A stretch of DNA of 63,117 nt, the filler included, from Collodictyon triciliatum (lineage: Eukaryota): the NCBI GenBank assembly GCA_043381765.1. It is 6 parts of 6 records of this genome, joined end to end, with 100 filler letters (N's around TTAATTAATTAA, not from the genome) between each part and the next. Parts side by side here need not be neighbours in the genome. Positions count along the whole stretch, not along the records: positions 58,783 to 63,117 come from JBHJMP010002367.1; 5 more parts are not named here. One strand, given 5' to 3'. The position numbers and the translations under genes are program-made. Under the pieces are notes generated by a model. It was not told the origin of the DNA, did no database searches, and saw only the letters and a program-made list of their open reading frames with translations. This document shows positions 61,061 through 63,117 of the stretch, in pieces. The first letter of the stretch is position 1; each line of letters opens with the position of its first letter.

Positions 61061-61771
61061 ATGTGAATGGAGCCTTGCCCAACACACAAACGCTCTCCCT
61101 CATCGAAACTCGCATCTATGCGTCGAAGCTCTCGTCTTTTGTCGGATCCGTTTGGCAAGTCGAGGGCGACAAAGAAATTCTCGTTAGTGATTCATTGCCA
61201 AAATTAGTTTGTTTCGATGAAAAGGAATTTGCGCTTGATGAGGGGCGAAAAAAAAAAAAATACATAATATCAAATTCTCCATTAACGAGCACAATTCAAT
61301 CCGGCCACCTAAACAAAGCCATTTCAGCTGCAAGTTTCAAAGAAAAAAAAAGAGAGACCAAAGTCAAAGTAGCCTTCACGCCCATCCCCGCGCGTGGCTT
61401 ATATAATAAGAAACCTGAATCGATAATTTCCCAAGGATATTTACGTGCGCTATTAAATGGGATATTTGATAATTTTTTTTTTGATAGATGCATGACCCTT
61501 AGGCGCGGTTGCGGTGTATAAAAAGCGCAAGAGTTCATCCCCAGCTTCATTGGACTGCGCCCATTTCTTGACAGCCAACATCAAAGCTTTCATCAAGAGA
61601 TCATCAAGCCCGGCACGAACACAAGCAGAAAGACAAAAAGTGCAGCACACTTGCAGACAGCTCGCCCACAAACCCACCATGAAAATTGCACATTGCGTTG
61701 TTTGTTGTCTGTGTATTTGTTATTGAAGTGGTCGCTTGTCCTGGTGGTCCTTAATCGCTTTAACCACTCCG

Positions 61772-63117
61772 ATGCAGACTCCCGAGATGAACCCGCTCCG
61801 GACTGTCATCGCCCTGTTGTTCGCGCTTCTTTCTTTGCACATTAGCACTGTGACGCCGGCTGATGTGGACTCTATCTACCCTCTGCGCTTGGTCGAAGCT
61901 GATGCCCGATTCACCGACGCCTGCCTTGCCTTGTCCCACGCCAACCCGTCTGTTGTCTTCAAGTCTTTCCAGTACCCAGGCCTGAGTCCCGAAGGCGAGT
62001 CGCTCTTCACACGCCTGTGCATCTTTGGCGACGTGACCTCGCCCATCGTCTTCCTAACCCTCTCGGGTGTCCACGGCAACGAGTTCAACTCGCCCTCTGG
62101 TGTCCAGTTGCGAATGATGCGCGACTATCTTGTGCCCGAGGACAACACCGACCCGATTCCGAGACTGCGTATTCCCAAGGGCGTTCGTGCGGTCTTTATT
62201 CACGCTGTCTGCCCGTGGGGCGCTGCCTGGGGAACCAAGGAGGGCCACAACAACATTGACATGCTGAAGAATATCAACGGTATCTACACCGTCTCTGCAA
62301 ATCATACATCCCCTGTTCTTGTTGATCTATTCGATAACATGAATATTCGCAACGTCGGAACTGTCGAGGGCTTCCTCTCGGCCTTCCAATACTTTATGAC
62401 TGTGCAGAACGGACCCAATGGCGAGACACTTCGCAAGGAGTTGTCATACGGTCAGAATCAGCGCCAGATCGGCCTCTCGTACTACGGAACAGAGGCAACC
62501 TGGGAGACTCTGACTGTGCGCCAAATCATCAAGGAGCATCTCACGGGCGCCTGCAAGATTCTGCTGGCTGACCTTCACACGGCCGCCGGTAAGTATGGAG
62601 ACTGGTTCATAGCTGGGCATGATGTAAGGTCAGGTGAGCTTGCAGAGGAATGGAATGAAAGGTCGGCGGCAAAGGCGACTATCGAGCCCATCTATAATGC
62701 TGGAATCGGAACGGACCCGTGGCCTTTTTACGAGTTTGTGCAGGACTACTATCCCAACGCCGACTTTGTCCGCGTTGTTTGGGAGGCTGGAACTTTCCCG
62801 CAGAGCCAGTATGAAACGAACATACTCATGCTTGTGCACTGCCGGCACTATGGAGACATCAAGGTCAACGAGCCGGGCTGTGAAGATTTTTTCTCAACAC
62901 TCGACCCTGCTTCCTGGACTGGACCTTGCTGCAAGTTCCACCACGAGCGTTTGAATGAATTCTTTAATCCGCACAAAGGCATATACAGCGATTGGCCCGA
63001 GCTTGTCTATAATGCAACGGCTGCACCTTTTTCTGTGATGAAGTACGGACTGGAATCGATGCTTGCCACCCAGGACCAATGCCCTTCGACGCCCATCCCA
63101 AAGACCAACAACGGTGA
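61772..63117 (+). CDS. Secreted DUF2817 / M14-like zinc hydrolase, intronless, runs off the window end
   Basis: Open frame from ATG 61772 (or 61787) to the window end; it is missing from the ORF track because it has no stop. It has a signal peptide 'MNPLRTVIALLFALLSLHIST', then 'GLSPEGESLF', 'LSGVHGNE' (HxxE), 'FIHAVCPWG', 'GQNQRQIGLSYYG', 'ADLHTAAGKYG' and 'WEAGT'. Confidence 0.8.
   Translation, partial: MQTPEMNPLRTVIALLFALLSLHISTVTPADVDSIYPLRLVEADARFTDACLALSHANPSVVFKSFQYPGLSPEGESLFTRLCIFGDVTSPIVFLTLSGVHGNEFNSPSGVQLRMMRDYLVPEDNTDPIPRLRIPKGVRAVFIHAVCPWGAAWGTKEGHNNIDMLKNINGIYTVSANHTSPVLVDLFDNMNIRNVGTVEGFLSAFQYFMTVQNGPNGETLRKELSYGQNQRQIGLSYYGTEATWETLTVRQIIKEHLTGACKILLADLHTAAGKYGDWFIAGHDVRSGELAEEWNERSAAKATIEPIYNAGIGTDPWPFYEFVQDYYPNADFVRVVWEAGTFPQSQYETNILMLVHCRHYGDIKVNEPGCEDFFSTLDPASWTGPCCKFHHERLNEFFNPHKGIYSDWPELVYNATAAPFSVMKYGLESMLATQDQCPSTPIPKTNNG

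Overview
Eukaryotic, AT-rich, intron-dense and microsatellite-rich genomic DNA from a protist. The gene content looks amoebozoan-like, but the species cannot be determined from sequence alone. The window is not contiguous: five identical 100-nt linkers (N44-TTAATTAATTAA-N44) join contigs of almost equal length (11672, 11628, 11669, 11660 and 11653 nt, plus a partial one), so neighbourhoods across gaps carry no meaning. Genes recognised: TMEM260-like O-mannosyltransferase; arginine deiminase fused to an apparently inactive CtlX-like domain; two ubiquitin-specific proteases; an intronless GT92 glycosyltransferase; a Ser/Pro-rich hypothetical protein; a PH-RasGEF; a MIT-like/HtrA-type protease; LTO1; a GH125 3' fragment; a large NLR-like CH-DUF4062-NACHT-TPR-pentapeptide-WD40-SEL1 protein; and an intronless, bacterial-type secreted DUF2817/M14 hydrolase. 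Mobile DNA includes a decayed Fanzor (eukaryotic TnpB) with all three RuvC acidic residues still visible. The most unusual signal is two families of ultra-short (about 24 nt and about 34-56 nt) A-tailed insertions, most flanked by 16-18 bp target-site duplications, with nine copies in 63 kb. Exon boundaries were read by eye and are approximate where stated.
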